Positions 1 through 9,818 of a stretch of DNA of 64,000 nucleotides are shown here, piece by piece. This DNA is from an uncultured Pelagibacteraceae bacterium (lineage in GTDB: Bacteria; Pseudomonadota; Alphaproteobacteria; Pelagibacterales; Pelagibacteraceae). The stretch is from the NCBI GenBank assembly GCA_902603305.1, contig CACKUI010000001.1, positions 31,270 through 95,269 on the forward strand, written 5' to 3'. The notes beneath the pieces were generated by a model that searched no databases, was not told where the DNA came from, and saw only the letters and a list, made by a program, of their open reading frames with translations. The position numbers were made by a program, and so were the translations under genes. The stretch's first letter is position 1. The number at the start of each line of letters is the position of its first letter.

Positions 1-366
1 AAAATTTGTATTTTGTATTTCAAATTTTTCAAAATCAATTTTAGATTTTGGATATAAACTATTAGTATTCATAAAAACTTTTAGATTCTTTATATTAAAG
101 GAAATATTCTTATTATTATTTTCAACTATTGATAATGATGAATCACTAATTAATAAATTAGGTTTTGGAAGTAATTGATACTTTATGTCACCATTAATAT
201 TTAAGTTAATATTAAATTCAGAAGAAAACTTACTTTCAATGATGTTTTCTATGCTTTTATAATTAAATAAAACTGGTATTGATAAATAAATGCCAATAGT
301 AAAAAACAATGCTATTATTAAGAAAATGCCTTTAGTAAATATTGGTATTTTCTTAGTTTTATTCAT
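1..366 (-). CDS. AsmA-family membrane-anchored protein, 5' part (runs off the window start)
   Basis: Not in the ORF track. ATG at 366 reads MNKTRKIPIFTKGIFLIIALFFTIGIYLSIPVLFNYKSIENIIESKFSSEFNINLNINGDIKYQLLPKPNLLI. N-terminal TM helix followed by an AsmA-like I.GDI.Y.LLP.P pattern. Confidence 0.65.
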   Translation of the reverse strand, partial: MNKTKKIPIFTKGIFLIIALFFTIGIYLSIPVLFNYKSIENIIESKFSSEFNINLNINGDIKYQLLPKPNLLISDSSLSIVENNNKNISFNIKNLKVFMNTNSLYPKSKIDFEKFEIQNTNF

Positions 367-402
367 TAATTCAATATCGCTTAAATTAAAAAAAAATAAA
401 CG

Positions 403-2430
403 ATGAATTTAGATTATTTAACAAATCTTAATAAAAGTCAGGAAGATGCGGTTCTACATTTAAATGGACCTCTATTGATTGTTGCAGGAGCAGGCTCGGG
501 AAAAACAAGGGTTCTTACAGCTAGAATTGCACATATTGTTAAACAACATAAGGCTTTTCCCAACCAAGTTCTGGCAGTGACATTTACAAATAAAGCAGCA
601 AAAGAAATGCAATTAAGAGTTTCTAAATTCTTAAGAAAAGAGGCAACTGGTCTTCCATGGTTAGGTACCTTTCACTCAATTAGCGCAAAAATATTGAGAA
701 AACATGCAGAAGCAGCTGGATTAAAATCTAATTTTTCAATTATTGATCAAGATGACCAAGTAAGATTAATAAAAAATATCTGCAAATCAGAGAATATAGA
801 TACAAAAAAAATATCCCCAAAATATATTTTGTCAGTAATTGATAAATGGAAAAATAAAGGCTTTTACCCTGACGAAGTTGTGCTTAAACGTAAAGACATA
901 TTAGAAAAAAGCTTTCTAGGGATATATAAAATATACCAACAAAAACTAATAGATTTAAATGCTGTAGATTTCAGTGACCTAATACTTCACACTGTTAAAA
1001 TTTTTGAAAGACATAAAGATATATCAAAAATGTATTCAAAAAAATTTAAATATATTCTTGTCGACGAATATCAAGATACAAACTTTATTCAAAGTGAATG
1101 GTTAAAATATTTAGCAGAACATAATCAAAATATTTGCTGTGTGGGAGATGATGATCAATCAATATATAGTTGGAGAGGAGCAGAAATTAAAAATTTTCTT
1201 CAATTTGAAAGTGTTTACGAAAATACAAAAATAATAAGATTAGAAAAAAATTATAGATCCACTCAAAATATTTTAAATGTGGCATCAAATATTATTGAGA
1301 ATAATCAAAATAGAGTTGGAAAAAAACTTTTTACAGATCAAGAAGATGGGGAGCTTGTGACGCTAAACTGTTTTAGAAATGTAAAAGATGAGGCAACTGA
1401 AATAGGGTCTAATATTGAAGATTTTAAAAATAAGTTTTCATTAAATGAAATTGCAATTCTTGTAAGAGCTATTTTTCAAACCAGAGAATTTGAAGAGAGA
1501 TTTTTAAAAATTGGTGTTCCATATAGAATTATTGGTGGTATTAAATTTTATGAAAGGGCTGAGGTAAAAGATTGTGTTGCATACTTAAAAACAGTTTTTC
1601 AACCTCAGGATGACTTAGCCTTTGAGAGAATTTTAAATGTCCCAAAAAGATCAATTGGAGACACTACTGTAAAAGCTATTAATAATTTTGCAAAATTAAA
1701 TAAATGCTCATTAGAAGTAGCCTCAAAATATTTAATTGAACAAAATAAAATTAAACCTAAAACAAAGTTGGGTCTGAATTCTCTTTTAAATCTTATAGCT
1801 AAATGGAGAAATGACTTAAACGGAAAAATTAATCATAACAAGTTATTACAAACAATTCTTGATGAGTCTGGATACAGTGAAATGTTAAAAAATAAGAAAG
1901 ACTTAGAAAATGAAAATAGGTTAGAAAATATAAAAGAATTATTAAATGCAATGAAAGAATTTGATAATTTGGAAAGTTTTTTAGAACATGTTTCTCTTGC
2001 AACATCATTAGATCAGGATTGGCAAAGTGAAAAAGTAAATTTAATGACAATACACGCATCTAAGGGACTGGAATTTGATGTTGTATTTTTGCCTGGTTGG
2101 GAGGAAGGTTTATTTCCGCATCAGAAAAGTATTGAGGAAAAAGGTGAAAGCGGATTAGAAGAAGAAAGAAGATTAGCCTACGTTGCGATTACTAGAGCAA
2201 AAAAACTAGCAAAAATATCGTTTTCTATGAATAGGTTTTATCAAGGAGATTGGATTGACAGCATGGCATCAAGGTTTGTGGATGAACTTCCTGATGAATA
2301 TATTAAAAAAAATAATAATTTTATAGATGAAAAAGAGGAAGATTTTGAATTTAACCAAGATATAGATTTTGATACCGATAGAGAAATTAGAAGTCCAGGT
2401 TGGATACGTTATCAAAAGAAATTAAAATGA
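403..2430 (+). CDS. uvrD: ATP-dependent DNA helicase UvrD/PcrA
   Basis: SF1 motifs AGAGSGKT, VDEYQD, VGDDDQSIYSWRGA, NYRS, MTIHASKGLEF, EEERRLAYVAITRA. Confidence 0.95.
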   Translation: MNLDYLTNLNKSQEDAVLHLNGPLLIVAGAGSGKTRVLTARIAHIVKQHKAFPNQVLAVTFTNKAAKEMQLRVSKFLRKEATGLPWLGTFHSISAKILRKHAEAAGLKSNFSIIDQDDQVRLIKNICKSENIDTKKISPKYILSVIDKWKNKGFYPDEVVLKRKDILEKSFLGIYKIYQQKLIDLNAVDFSDLILHTVKIFERHKDISKMYSKKFKYILVDEYQDTNFIQSEWLKYLAEHNQNICCVGDDDQSIYSWRGAEIKNFLQFESVYENTKIIRLEKNYRSTQNILNVASNIIENNQNRVGKKLFTDQEDGELVTLNCFRNVKDEATEIGSNIEDFKNKFSLNEIAILVRAIFQTREFEERFLKIGVPYRIIGGIKFYERAEVKDCVAYLKTVFQPQDDLAFERILNVPKRSIGDTTVKAINNFAKLNKCSLEVASKYLIEQNKIKPKTKLGLNSLLNLIAKWRNDLNGKINHNKLLQTILDESGYSEMLKNKKDLENENRLENIKELLNAMKEFDNLESFLEHVSLATSLDQDWQSEKVNLMTIHASKGLEFDVVFLPGWEEGLFPHQKSIEEKGESGLEEERRLAYVAITRAKKLAKISFSMNRFYQGDWIDSMASRFVDELPDEYIKKNNNFIDEKEEDFEFNQDIDFDTDREIRSPGWIRYQKKLK

Positions 2431-4106
2431 GTGTTCTAATAAATAATATTATTTCATCAAATAATTTAGATGGATATATTTTGCCAAAAAATGATAAATA
2501 TTTCACTGAGTATTCTAAAATAAATAATCTTAAATCAATCACAAATTTTTCTGGATCAGCAGGTTTCGCTATTTTTTTAAAAAATAGGAAATATTTATTT
2601 GTTGATGGAAGATATACTATTCAAGCGGAAAAAGAGGTCGGAAAAAAATTTGAAATTTGTGAAATTCCTTATGTATGGCCAAAAGATATTTTAAAGAAAA
2701 AAATTAAAATTGGATTTGATCCAGATCTTTTTGCTTGGGAAACTCTTAATAAATATTTTGGTTATAATTACAACTTAGTTCCTATAAAATATAAATTTAA
2801 AAGAAAAAGTAATACAAAAGATAATCATCCATTTTTTAGTCTCGAAACATCAACAGCAGGAGAAAGCACAAACCAAAAAATAAATCGATTAATTAAAATA
2901 ATGAAAAAAAACAAAATCGATTATAATTTTATAAGCTCAGGTGAAAATATTTGCTGGCTTCTAAATATAAGAGGAAAAGATCTCCCAAATTCACCGATTG
3001 CAAATTGTAAAATGATATTAACGAAAGATAAAAAAATTTATTTTTTCTCAAGTCAAGATAAAATAAAAAAAATAAAACTAAGTCTTAAAAAATTAAAAAT
3101 ACATTTTTTAAAAGAAGACAATATTTTTAAATGCTTAATAAATCTTAAAAGTGGAAACTTTTGTATTGATAATAAAACTTGTTCAGTATTTGAAGAAAGC
3201 TTAATCAGCTATAAGTTTATAATTATCAGTAAAAAAGACCCTCTTTACGATTTAAAATCTTTAAAAAATAAAATTGAGATTAAAAATACGATTAATGCAC
3301 ATATTGAAGATGGAGTTGCTTTAACAAAATTTTTATATTGGATTAAAAATCTTAAAATTAATAACCTTACAGAAAAAAAAATTGAGAGGAAATTAGAAAG
3401 TTTTAGAAAAAGAAGCAGAAATTATTTATACCCAAGCTTTGATACAATAGCTGGATCTGGACCGAATGGAGCAATTATACATTATAGATCCGATAAATTT
3501 TCGAATAGAATGTTAAAGAAAGATGATTTACTATTACTTGATTCTGGCGGTCAATATAAATGGGGAACAACTGATGTAACAAGGACAATATGTTTTTCAA
3601 ATGTCTCAAATAGAGTGAAGAATATATTCACAAGAGTTTTGAAAGGTCATATTGCTGTAGCCTTATCAAATATAAAAAAACTAAAAAATGGTCATAATAT
3701 TGATAAAATTGCTAGAAAAAGTCTCAATTCTATTGGTCTAGATTATCGTCATGGAACTGGTCATGGAGTTGGAGCATTTCTCAATGTTCATGAAGGACCA
3801 CAATCAATATCAAAAAATAATTACGTACTACTCAGAGAGGGAATGGTTTTAAGTAATGAACCTGGTTTTTATAAAAAAAATGATTTTGGAATAAGAATTG
3901 AAAATTTAGTTTTTATCAAAAAAATTAAATCTAAGCTCTCATTTGAAAATCTAACAATGGCACCCATAGATACCGACCTAATTAATTTTAAAATGCTTAA
4001 TAAAAAAGAAAAGAATTATCTATTTAAGTACCACTTTAATGTTTATAATAATATTTCACCATATTTAAATAAAAATGAGAAAAAATGGTTAGCTAAACTA
4101 ATTTAG
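2427..4106 (+). CDS. Aminopeptidase P family (M24B) Xaa-Pro aminopeptidase
   Basis: FSGSAG, VDGRY, DSGGQY..GTTDVTRT, HGTGHGVG..LNVHEGP, SNEPGFY, GIRIEN. Start set at the ATGA overlap with the uvrD stop (2427) rather than 2400. Confidence 0.9.
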   Translation: MSVLINNIISSNNLDGYILPKNDKYFTEYSKINNLKSITNFSGSAGFAIFLKNRKYLFVDGRYTIQAEKEVGKKFEICEIPYVWPKDILKKKIKIGFDPDLFAWETLNKYFGYNYNLVPIKYKFKRKSNTKDNHPFFSLETSTAGESTNQKINRLIKIMKKNKIDYNFISSGENICWLLNIRGKDLPNSPIANCKMILTKDKKIYFFSSQDKIKKIKLSLKKLKIHFLKEDNIFKCLINLKSGNFCIDNKTCSVFEESLISYKFIIISKKDPLYDLKSLKNKIEIKNTINAHIEDGVALTKFLYWIKNLKINNLTEKKIERKLESFRKRSRNYLYPSFDTIAGSGPNGAIIHYRSDKFSNRMLKKDDLLLLDSGGQYKWGTTDVTRTICFSNVSNRVKNIFTRVLKGHIAVALSNIKKLKNGHNIDKIARKSLNSIGLDYRHGTGHGVGAFLNVHEGPQSISKNNYVLLREGMVLSNEPGFYKKNDFGIRIENLVFIKKIKSKLSFENLTMAPIDTDLINFKMLNKKEKNYLFKYHFNVYNNISPYLNKNEKKWLAKLI

Positions 4107-6107
4107 TAAATTAAGCCATTCTTTTTGAGATAAAATTTTTATTCCTAATTTTTTAGCTTCTTCAACTTTTCGGTTTGTTGGTTTTTCACCAATTATTAAA
4201 TATTTTAATTTTTTATTCACTGAACTTACTACAGACCCTGAATTCTCTTCAATTAATGATTTTGCTTCGGCTCTACTCATATTTGATAATTTCCCTGTAA
4301 ACATAAATGTATTGTTTGAGAGTTTACCATTTTTATTTATTTTTAAATCTGAAATATTTAAAAGGGAGGATAACTTTTCAACTATTTTATAATTAGATTT
4401 ATTTTCAAAAAATTTTTTTAAGGAATAAATTTGTGTCTCTCCAATTCCATCTATATTTAAAAATTCTCCAATTTTTTTATTTTTAATAAAATTTAAAAAG
4501 TTTAATATTGATTTTGTATATTCTGCTAAAAGTTTAGCATTCTCTATACCTATATGTCTAATACCTAAAGAATAAATAAATCTATCCAAAGAAACTTTTT
4601 TTGATTGATCTATTGAAAATTTTAAATTTGAGACTGAAAGATCACCCCAACCTTCTAATTTTGAAATCTGAGCATAATCTAGATTAAAAACATCTTGAGG
4701 AAATCTTATTAATTGGAGATCCCAAAACTTTTCCACTACTTTTTTGCCCAAACCATCAATGTTAAGTGCTTCTTTAGATATGAAATGTTTTATTTTTTCT
4801 ACAGCTATTTTTTCACATTCAAATCCTCTATCTGGACATCTTCTCACTGCATCATATTTTTTAGTTACTTTATTAAATTCTTTTATGGTATCAAAACCGC
4901 AGGGACATTTTTTTGGAAAAACAAATTTTTTTGAACTTGTTTTTCTTTTTTTTAAGTCAACTAAAACAACATGAGGAATGACATCTCCTGCTCTTTCTAC
5001 TTTTACAGTATCACCAAGTCTTATGTCTTTTCTAATTATTTCATCTTCATTGTGAAGTGTTGCATTAGAAACTACCACACCCCCAATATTTACTGGCTTT
5101 ATTCTTGCTACAGGAGTTAATGCGCCTGTTCTTCCAACCTGAATATTTATATCCTCAATTAGAGAATATGCGCTATCAGCTGAAAATTTATGAGCTATAG
5201 CCCATCTTGGAGAACTAGCAGTAAAACCTAATCTTTTTTGAAGATCAAGACTGTTAATTTTATAAACTAGACCATCAACATCATATTCTAAATCAAATCT
5301 ATCTTTTTCAAAATTTTTATGAAAATTTTCTAAATCATTAATGGTTTTTAATACTTTATTATGCTCACTTGTTTTAAATCCCCATTTTTTTAATGATTTT
5401 AAAAATTCCGATTGTTTCTTAATTGTTTTGCTTTCAAAATAACCGTAGGTGTATGCTATAAAATTAAGTGGAATTTTTTTGGTTTGTTCAGAATTTTTTT
5501 GTCTTAATGAGCCTGAAGCTGCATTTCTTGGATTAGCAAAATTATTTTTTAGATTACTAAAATCACTTTTTTTTATAAATACCTCACCTCTAATATCAAT
5601 ATCATTTGGAAAGTCTTTGTAAGTTATTTTATGCGGTATATCAGAAATAGTTTTTAAATTTTCAGTAATTACTTCACCTATCATACCATCTCCCCTAGAT
5701 GCGCCTAAAACTAAAAGCCCATCTTTGTATGTTAGAGAAGCAGATATACCGTCTATTTTTGGCTCAACGCTGTATTCAACATCGATTTTTTTATTTAAAT
5801 AATTAAATATTTTTTTTTCAAAATTTTCTAAGTCTTCTAAATCAAAAGCATTTGATAAAGAAAGCATTTTAACTCTATGGCTAGATTTAATGAAATTTTT
5901 AGATGGGGCAAATCCTAATGAATTAGATGGTGAGATGTTACTTGTTAGATAAGAATATTTTTTTTCTAGATTTAGTATTTCTCTTTTAATTTCATCATAT
6001 TCCTTATCTGATATTTTGGGAGAACTTTGATCAAAATAAAGCTTATTGTGTTTTCTTAATTCACTTATTTTTTTATTATAATATTTTTTAATCTCACTTT
6101 CTTTCAT
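4098..6107 (-). CDS. ligA: NAD-dependent DNA ligase
   Basis: KIDG adenylation motif, NPRNAASGSLRQ, PRWAIAHKF, VGRTG, HhH repeats and C-terminal BRCT. Confidence 0.97.
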   Translation of the reverse strand: MKESEIKKYYNKKISELRKHNKLYFDQSSPKISDKEYDEIKREILNLEKKYSYLTSNISPSNSLGFAPSKNFIKSSHRVKMLSLSNAFDLEDLENFEKKIFNYLNKKIDVEYSVEPKIDGISASLTYKDGLLVLGASRGDGMIGEVITENLKTISDIPHKITYKDFPNDIDIRGEVFIKKSDFSNLKNNFANPRNAASGSLRQKNSEQTKKIPLNFIAYTYGYFESKTIKKQSEFLKSLKKWGFKTSEHNKVLKTINDLENFHKNFEKDRFDLEYDVDGLVYKINSLDLQKRLGFTASSPRWAIAHKFSADSAYSLIEDINIQVGRTGALTPVARIKPVNIGGVVVSNATLHNEDEIIRKDIRLGDTVKVERAGDVIPHVVLVDLKKRKTSSKKFVFPKKCPCGFDTIKEFNKVTKKYDAVRRCPDRGFECEKIAVEKIKHFISKEALNIDGLGKKVVEKFWDLQLIRFPQDVFNLDYAQISKLEGWGDLSVSNLKFSIDQSKKVSLDRFIYSLGIRHIGIENAKLLAEYTKSILNFLNFIKNKKIGEFLNIDGIGETQIYSLKKFFENKSNYKIVEKLSSLLNISDLKINKNGKLSNNTFMFTGKLSNMSRAEAKSLIEENSGSVVSSVNKKLKYLIIGEKPTNRKVEEAKKLGIKILSQKEWLNLLN

Positions 6108-6116
6108 TAAATTCTT

Positions 6117-6956
6117 TTATTTAAGTAAATCTTTAAATTTTTTTATCAAAGATTTTTGTTTTGAAAGATCTTCATTAATCTTTATATTTTTATAATTTTT
6201 ATTTAAAATTCCATATGATCTTTCATACCAATCACTAGATTGATAGTTATAACCTAATAAAACTGCATATTTATTTGCCTCTTTAGTAAGACCTAATTTA
6301 TAATTTAGCTCTACTAATCTATATAAAGCTTCCTCAATATAAATTGTTGTATCATAATCGTTAACAATTTTTTTGTATCTATTCATTGCTGGTATCCATT
6401 TATCTCTATCTAAATAATAATTAGCTAAATAAAGTTCTTTTGATGCGAGTATTTCTTTAATTAACTCAAGTTTAAATTGCGCGTCTTCTGAAAAATCAGT
6501 ATTAGGATATTCATTTATTAATAAAGTAAAATATTTTTTTGCTTTAACAGTCTCTCCTAAATCTCTTTTTTCATCTACTATTTGATTATAGTGACAAATT
6601 CCTAGCAAATAATAGGCATAATCAGTATTTGCATGATTTTTATATTTATCTAAAAATCTTTCCAACTCATAAATTGCATCATTAAAATACATTTGGGAAT
6701 AATAAGCATAAGCTGACATTAATACAGATCTTGATGCCCATACAGATTGTGGATAGAGAAGCTCTACTTCATTGAATTTTTTTGCTGCAAAAAAAATATC
6801 ACCTCTATCAAATTCTTTAAGTCCTTCATTGTATGCTTGGATCATTTGCATCTCTAGATTATCTTCCTTAATTAATGATATTTTTTCTTTTTTTTCAGTA
6901 CATGAAAACTGGCCAAAGATTATAAAAATGCATAAATAAAAAATACGAAATTTCAT
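6117..6956 (-). CDS. bamD: Outer membrane protein assembly lipoprotein BamD (ComL)
   Basis: Lipoprotein signal (FSC), TPR-like helices, LASKELYLANYY, EEALYRLVE, LGYNY..S.WY; canonical position after lpxC. Confidence 0.9.
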   Translation of the reverse strand: MKFRIFYLCIFIIFGQFSCTEKKEKISLIKEDNLEMQMIQAYNEGLKEFDRGDIFFAAKKFNEVELLYPQSVWASRSVLMSAYAYYSQMYFNDAIYELERFLDKYKNHANTDYAYYLLGICHYNQIVDEKRDLGETVKAKKYFTLLINEYPNTDFSEDAQFKLELIKEILASKELYLANYYLDRDKWIPAMNRYKKIVNDYDTTIYIEEALYRLVELNYKLGLTKEANKYAVLLGYNYQSSDWYERSYGILNKNYKNIKINEDLSKQKSLIKKFKDLLK

Positions 6957-6995
6957 GACTAGATTTTAACAGAATATTTTTTAAAATTCTAATTT

Positions 6996-7919
6996 TTAAG
7001 CTATAGATTTTAAATTGTGCCTGTTATTTATTAATGAATGAGGTAAATTTTTTCCTTTAATTTCGATTAAAGAATAATTTCGGTTGTCACTAAATATTTT
7101 TCTTAATAATTTATTTGTAAGACTGTGGCCGCCGTGTTTGCACTTAATTGAACCAATTAATCTATATCCTGTTAAATAAAGATCTCCCATACAATCTAAT
7201 ATTTTGTGATTTACAAACTCGTTTTCATTCCTTAAACCTTCATCATTAAGTATTTGATCCCCTTTTACAACTATTGCATTTTTGAGAGATCCACCTTTCC
7301 CTAGTCCTAATTTCTTAAGTTTCTCTATATCTTCATAAAGACAAAAAGTTCTAGAATTAAAAATATCTTCAAGATTATCTTCAAATACATTAATTTTATT
7401 TTTTTGATTTTTGATTACCTGGTTTTCATAATTAATTTCAAATTCTATCTCTAAATTGGTGTTTGATTTATCAATAGATATTTGCTTATTTCCCTCTTTT
7501 AATTCGACTCGATTATTAATTTTAATTAATTTAATTGGGATATCACTTTTTTTTATTCCAACTTCTTTTAAAATTTTAACAAATTCTTTTGCAGAACCAT
7601 CAAGTATAGGAACTTCTTGTGAGTCTATTTCTACAACAGCATTATCTATTCCTAACCCATAAAAAGCAGCCATAAGATGTTCAATAGTAGATACTTTTGC
7701 TCCATAATCATTAATTATAGTTGTGCAGAGAGTAGCATCACTTACATTTTCAAAATTAGGTATTACAATATTATTATTCTTTAAATCTATTCTCTTAAAA
7801 GTAATTCCTGTATTAGGAGAAGAAGGTAAAATATTAAGATTTACAATTTCTCCAGTATGAACGCCAATACCAGATAAAGATATTTTTCTTGCTATTGTTG
7901 ATTGGGATAAAATTGACAT
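6996..7919 (-). CDS. lpxC: UDP-3-O-acyl-N-acetylglucosamine deacetylase
   Basis: GIGVHTG, STIEHLMAA, EVPILDGSA, SRTF, HKILDCMGDL, GGH. Confidence 0.97.
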   Translation of the reverse strand: MSILSQSTIARKISLSGIGVHTGEIVNLNILPSSPNTGITFKRIDLKNNNIVIPNFENVSDATLCTTIINDYGAKVSTIEHLMAAFYGLGIDNAVVEIDSQEVPILDGSAKEFVKILKEVGIKKSDIPIKLIKINNRVELKEGNKQISIDKSNTNLEIEFEINYENQVIKNQKNKINVFEDNLEDIFNSRTFCLYEDIEKLKKLGLGKGGSLKNAIVVKGDQILNDEGLRNENEFVNHKILDCMGDLYLTGYRLIGSIKCKHGGHSLTNKLLRKIFSDNRNYSLIEIKGKNLPHSLINNRHNLKSIA

Positions 7920-7981
7920 AATAAAGATATATAAAAATCATTAACAATTTAATATTCAAGTAATGTTACAAGAAAATACGA

Positions 7982-9130
7982 TTATTTAGAAAACAGGTTG
8001 AAAAAAGTCTCAAAAAAACCTGATTTTTTGGGCCTTTTTTTTGTTTTATTCAAGAAACTTTCGTAGCTTTTATGATAGTCCAAACCTGACTTGCATACAT
8101 TTGAATCATTTTCGTCAACAATAATAATTTTAGAGAATATTTTCTTTAGACTAACATTATTATTAGACAATAATCTAGTACCACTTCCAAATACAACCAA
8201 TCTTGGTTTTATTCTGTCATTTAAGTTTTTAATATAATTTGTCTTAAGTAATAATAATTCTGTAATTTCATCTAATCTTGCTTCAATAACTTGTTTCAAT
8301 AATTCAATAGATATATTTTTTTCTAAAATTTCACTGTATAAATTAATATCATTTCTATCGCTTTTATTAAATGATATCTCACTTTCTAATTTATTAAATT
8401 TTATTTTTAAATCTTCTGAATATTCAGGATCCAATTTTAATACCTGAGAAATATCTTTGGTTACATTATTGCCTCCCAAGGGTATTGACTTAAAAAAATC
8501 AAATTTATTCATATTGAAAATCAAACTGCTGGATCTTTCGAAACCGATGTCTAATAAAAAAATACAATCCTTATGATTAAATCTTTTCATGTAATTGATG
8601 GTTTTCACGTAACTTGAACAATACAAGTTAATAATTTTTAAATTGTTATTTTTAAATTTGCTCGATATTTCATCGACTACAATTTTATTTAAACAAATAA
8701 ATTTAATTTCTAATATTAATGTTTTTATTTTTATGTCTTCTGTAATTTTATTTAACTTTTTGTTATCATCTATAAAAATATTATTAACTATTATATGTAT
8801 GATTTGATCTTTAAAATTATTTTGAGATACAATAAAATGAGCTTCTTCAATTAAATTGTTGTAAACATTTTTAAGTAATACGTCATAGTCGAAAGCTTTT
8901 TTAATAGATATATCTAAAGAATAAAATTTTGGAGAATCATATAAAACAATAACATTATCGATATGTTTTGATAAATACTTTTCAGCATTTTTTATTAAAT
9001 TTTTTAATGATTTTTCTGAACTATCAATAATTTTTTGATTCGAAGAGTAAATATTTTTTGATTCTAAATCAAATACACCTAATCTTAAATTTTTCGAACC
9101 AAAATCAACTATTGTTTCAAAATCAGTCAT
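7982..9130 (-). CDS. ftsA: Cell division protein FtsA (divergent)
   Basis: Follows ftsQ. Actin-fold remnants DFGS, LDIG, IPLGGNNVTKDIS, IEARLDEI; C-terminal amphipathic helix GFFETFFNLFSK. Confidence 0.8.
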   Translation of the reverse strand: MTDFETIVDFGSKNLRLGVFDLESKNIYSSNQKIIDSSEKSLKNLIKNAEKYLSKHIDNVIVLYDSPKFYSLDISIKKAFDYDVLLKNVYNNLIEEAHFIVSQNNFKDQIIHIIVNNIFIDDNKKLNKITEDIKIKTLILEIKFICLNKIVVDEISSKFKNNNLKIINLYCSSYVKTINYMKRFNHKDCIFLLDIGFERSSSLIFNMNKFDFFKSIPLGGNNVTKDISQVLKLDPEYSEDLKIKFNKLESEISFNKSDRNDINLYSEILEKNISIELLKQVIEARLDEITELLLLKTNYIKNLNDRIKPRLVVFGSGTRLLSNNNVSLKKIFSKIIIVDENDSNVCKSGLDYHKSYESFLNKTKKRPKKSGFFETFFNLFSK

Positions 9131-9818
9131 TTTTATTCGATAATATAATTTGATTAGTTACTCTAAGGTCAATAATTTTAATATTTATTAAATCATTATT
9201 CTTCAATAATTTTTTGAAAATTTTTATTGATTCTTCATCCTTTTTAGAAGGCAACTTTAACGTAATATTATTTAAGAATAATAAATCCCATCTTTTATTT
9301 TTGTAATAATAATACTCTTTAATATTTCCAATATCTATATCATGTTTTTTAAGTTTTTTTATCAAACTTAAATATTCATCTATTTGAAAATCTCCGTAAA
9401 CTGATGGTAAATTATTTTCTTCTGTAAGTAAATTTGGATTTATAAAATTTCCGTTTTTACCTATGTAAAATTTTTTTCCATTTATAATAGTTTTTCCAAG
9501 TACAGTTGTTTTTGAAATATTTACATTTATTGACGAAGGAATAACTTTATTTATGTAAATATTTTCTAAAAAATTAAAATTAGTTAATTTTTCTAAAACT
9601 TTATCTTTTTTTAAATAGAAAATATTTATATTTTTCAATTTATTTAGTTCAATTTGAATATTTTTTTTTTCGTTATAAGGCAAACCGTTAATATTAATAT
9701 TCTTTAAACGAAATTTATCATGATAATTATCTAAAATTTGAAAATTAAATATTGAACTTAAAAAAATTAAAAAAAAAAAATAAAGATATAATTTGTATTT
9801 ACTTATTGATTGAGGCAT
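9123..9818 (-). CDS. ftsQ: Cell division protein FtsQ/DivIB
   Basis: N-terminal TM, POTRA-like region, RWDL..LKLP and IIDLR motifs; lies between ddl and ftsA. Confidence 0.85.
   Translation of the reverse strand: MPQSISKYKLYLYFFFLIFLSSIFNFQILDNYHDKFRLKNININGLPYNEKKNIQIELNKLKNINIFYLKKDKVLEKLTNFNFLENIYINKVIPSSINVNISKTTVLGKTIINGKKFYIGKNGNFINPNLLTEENNLPSVYGDFQIDEYLSLIKKLKKHDIDIGNIKEYYYYKNKRWDLLFLNNITLKLPSKKDEESIKIFKKLLKNNDLINIKIIDLRVTNQIILSNKND

Noticed and set aside
4810-4910. LigA zinc finger starting C-P-C instead of C-x2-C
   Set aside because: All four Cys are present; a minor spacing variant with no evident consequence.
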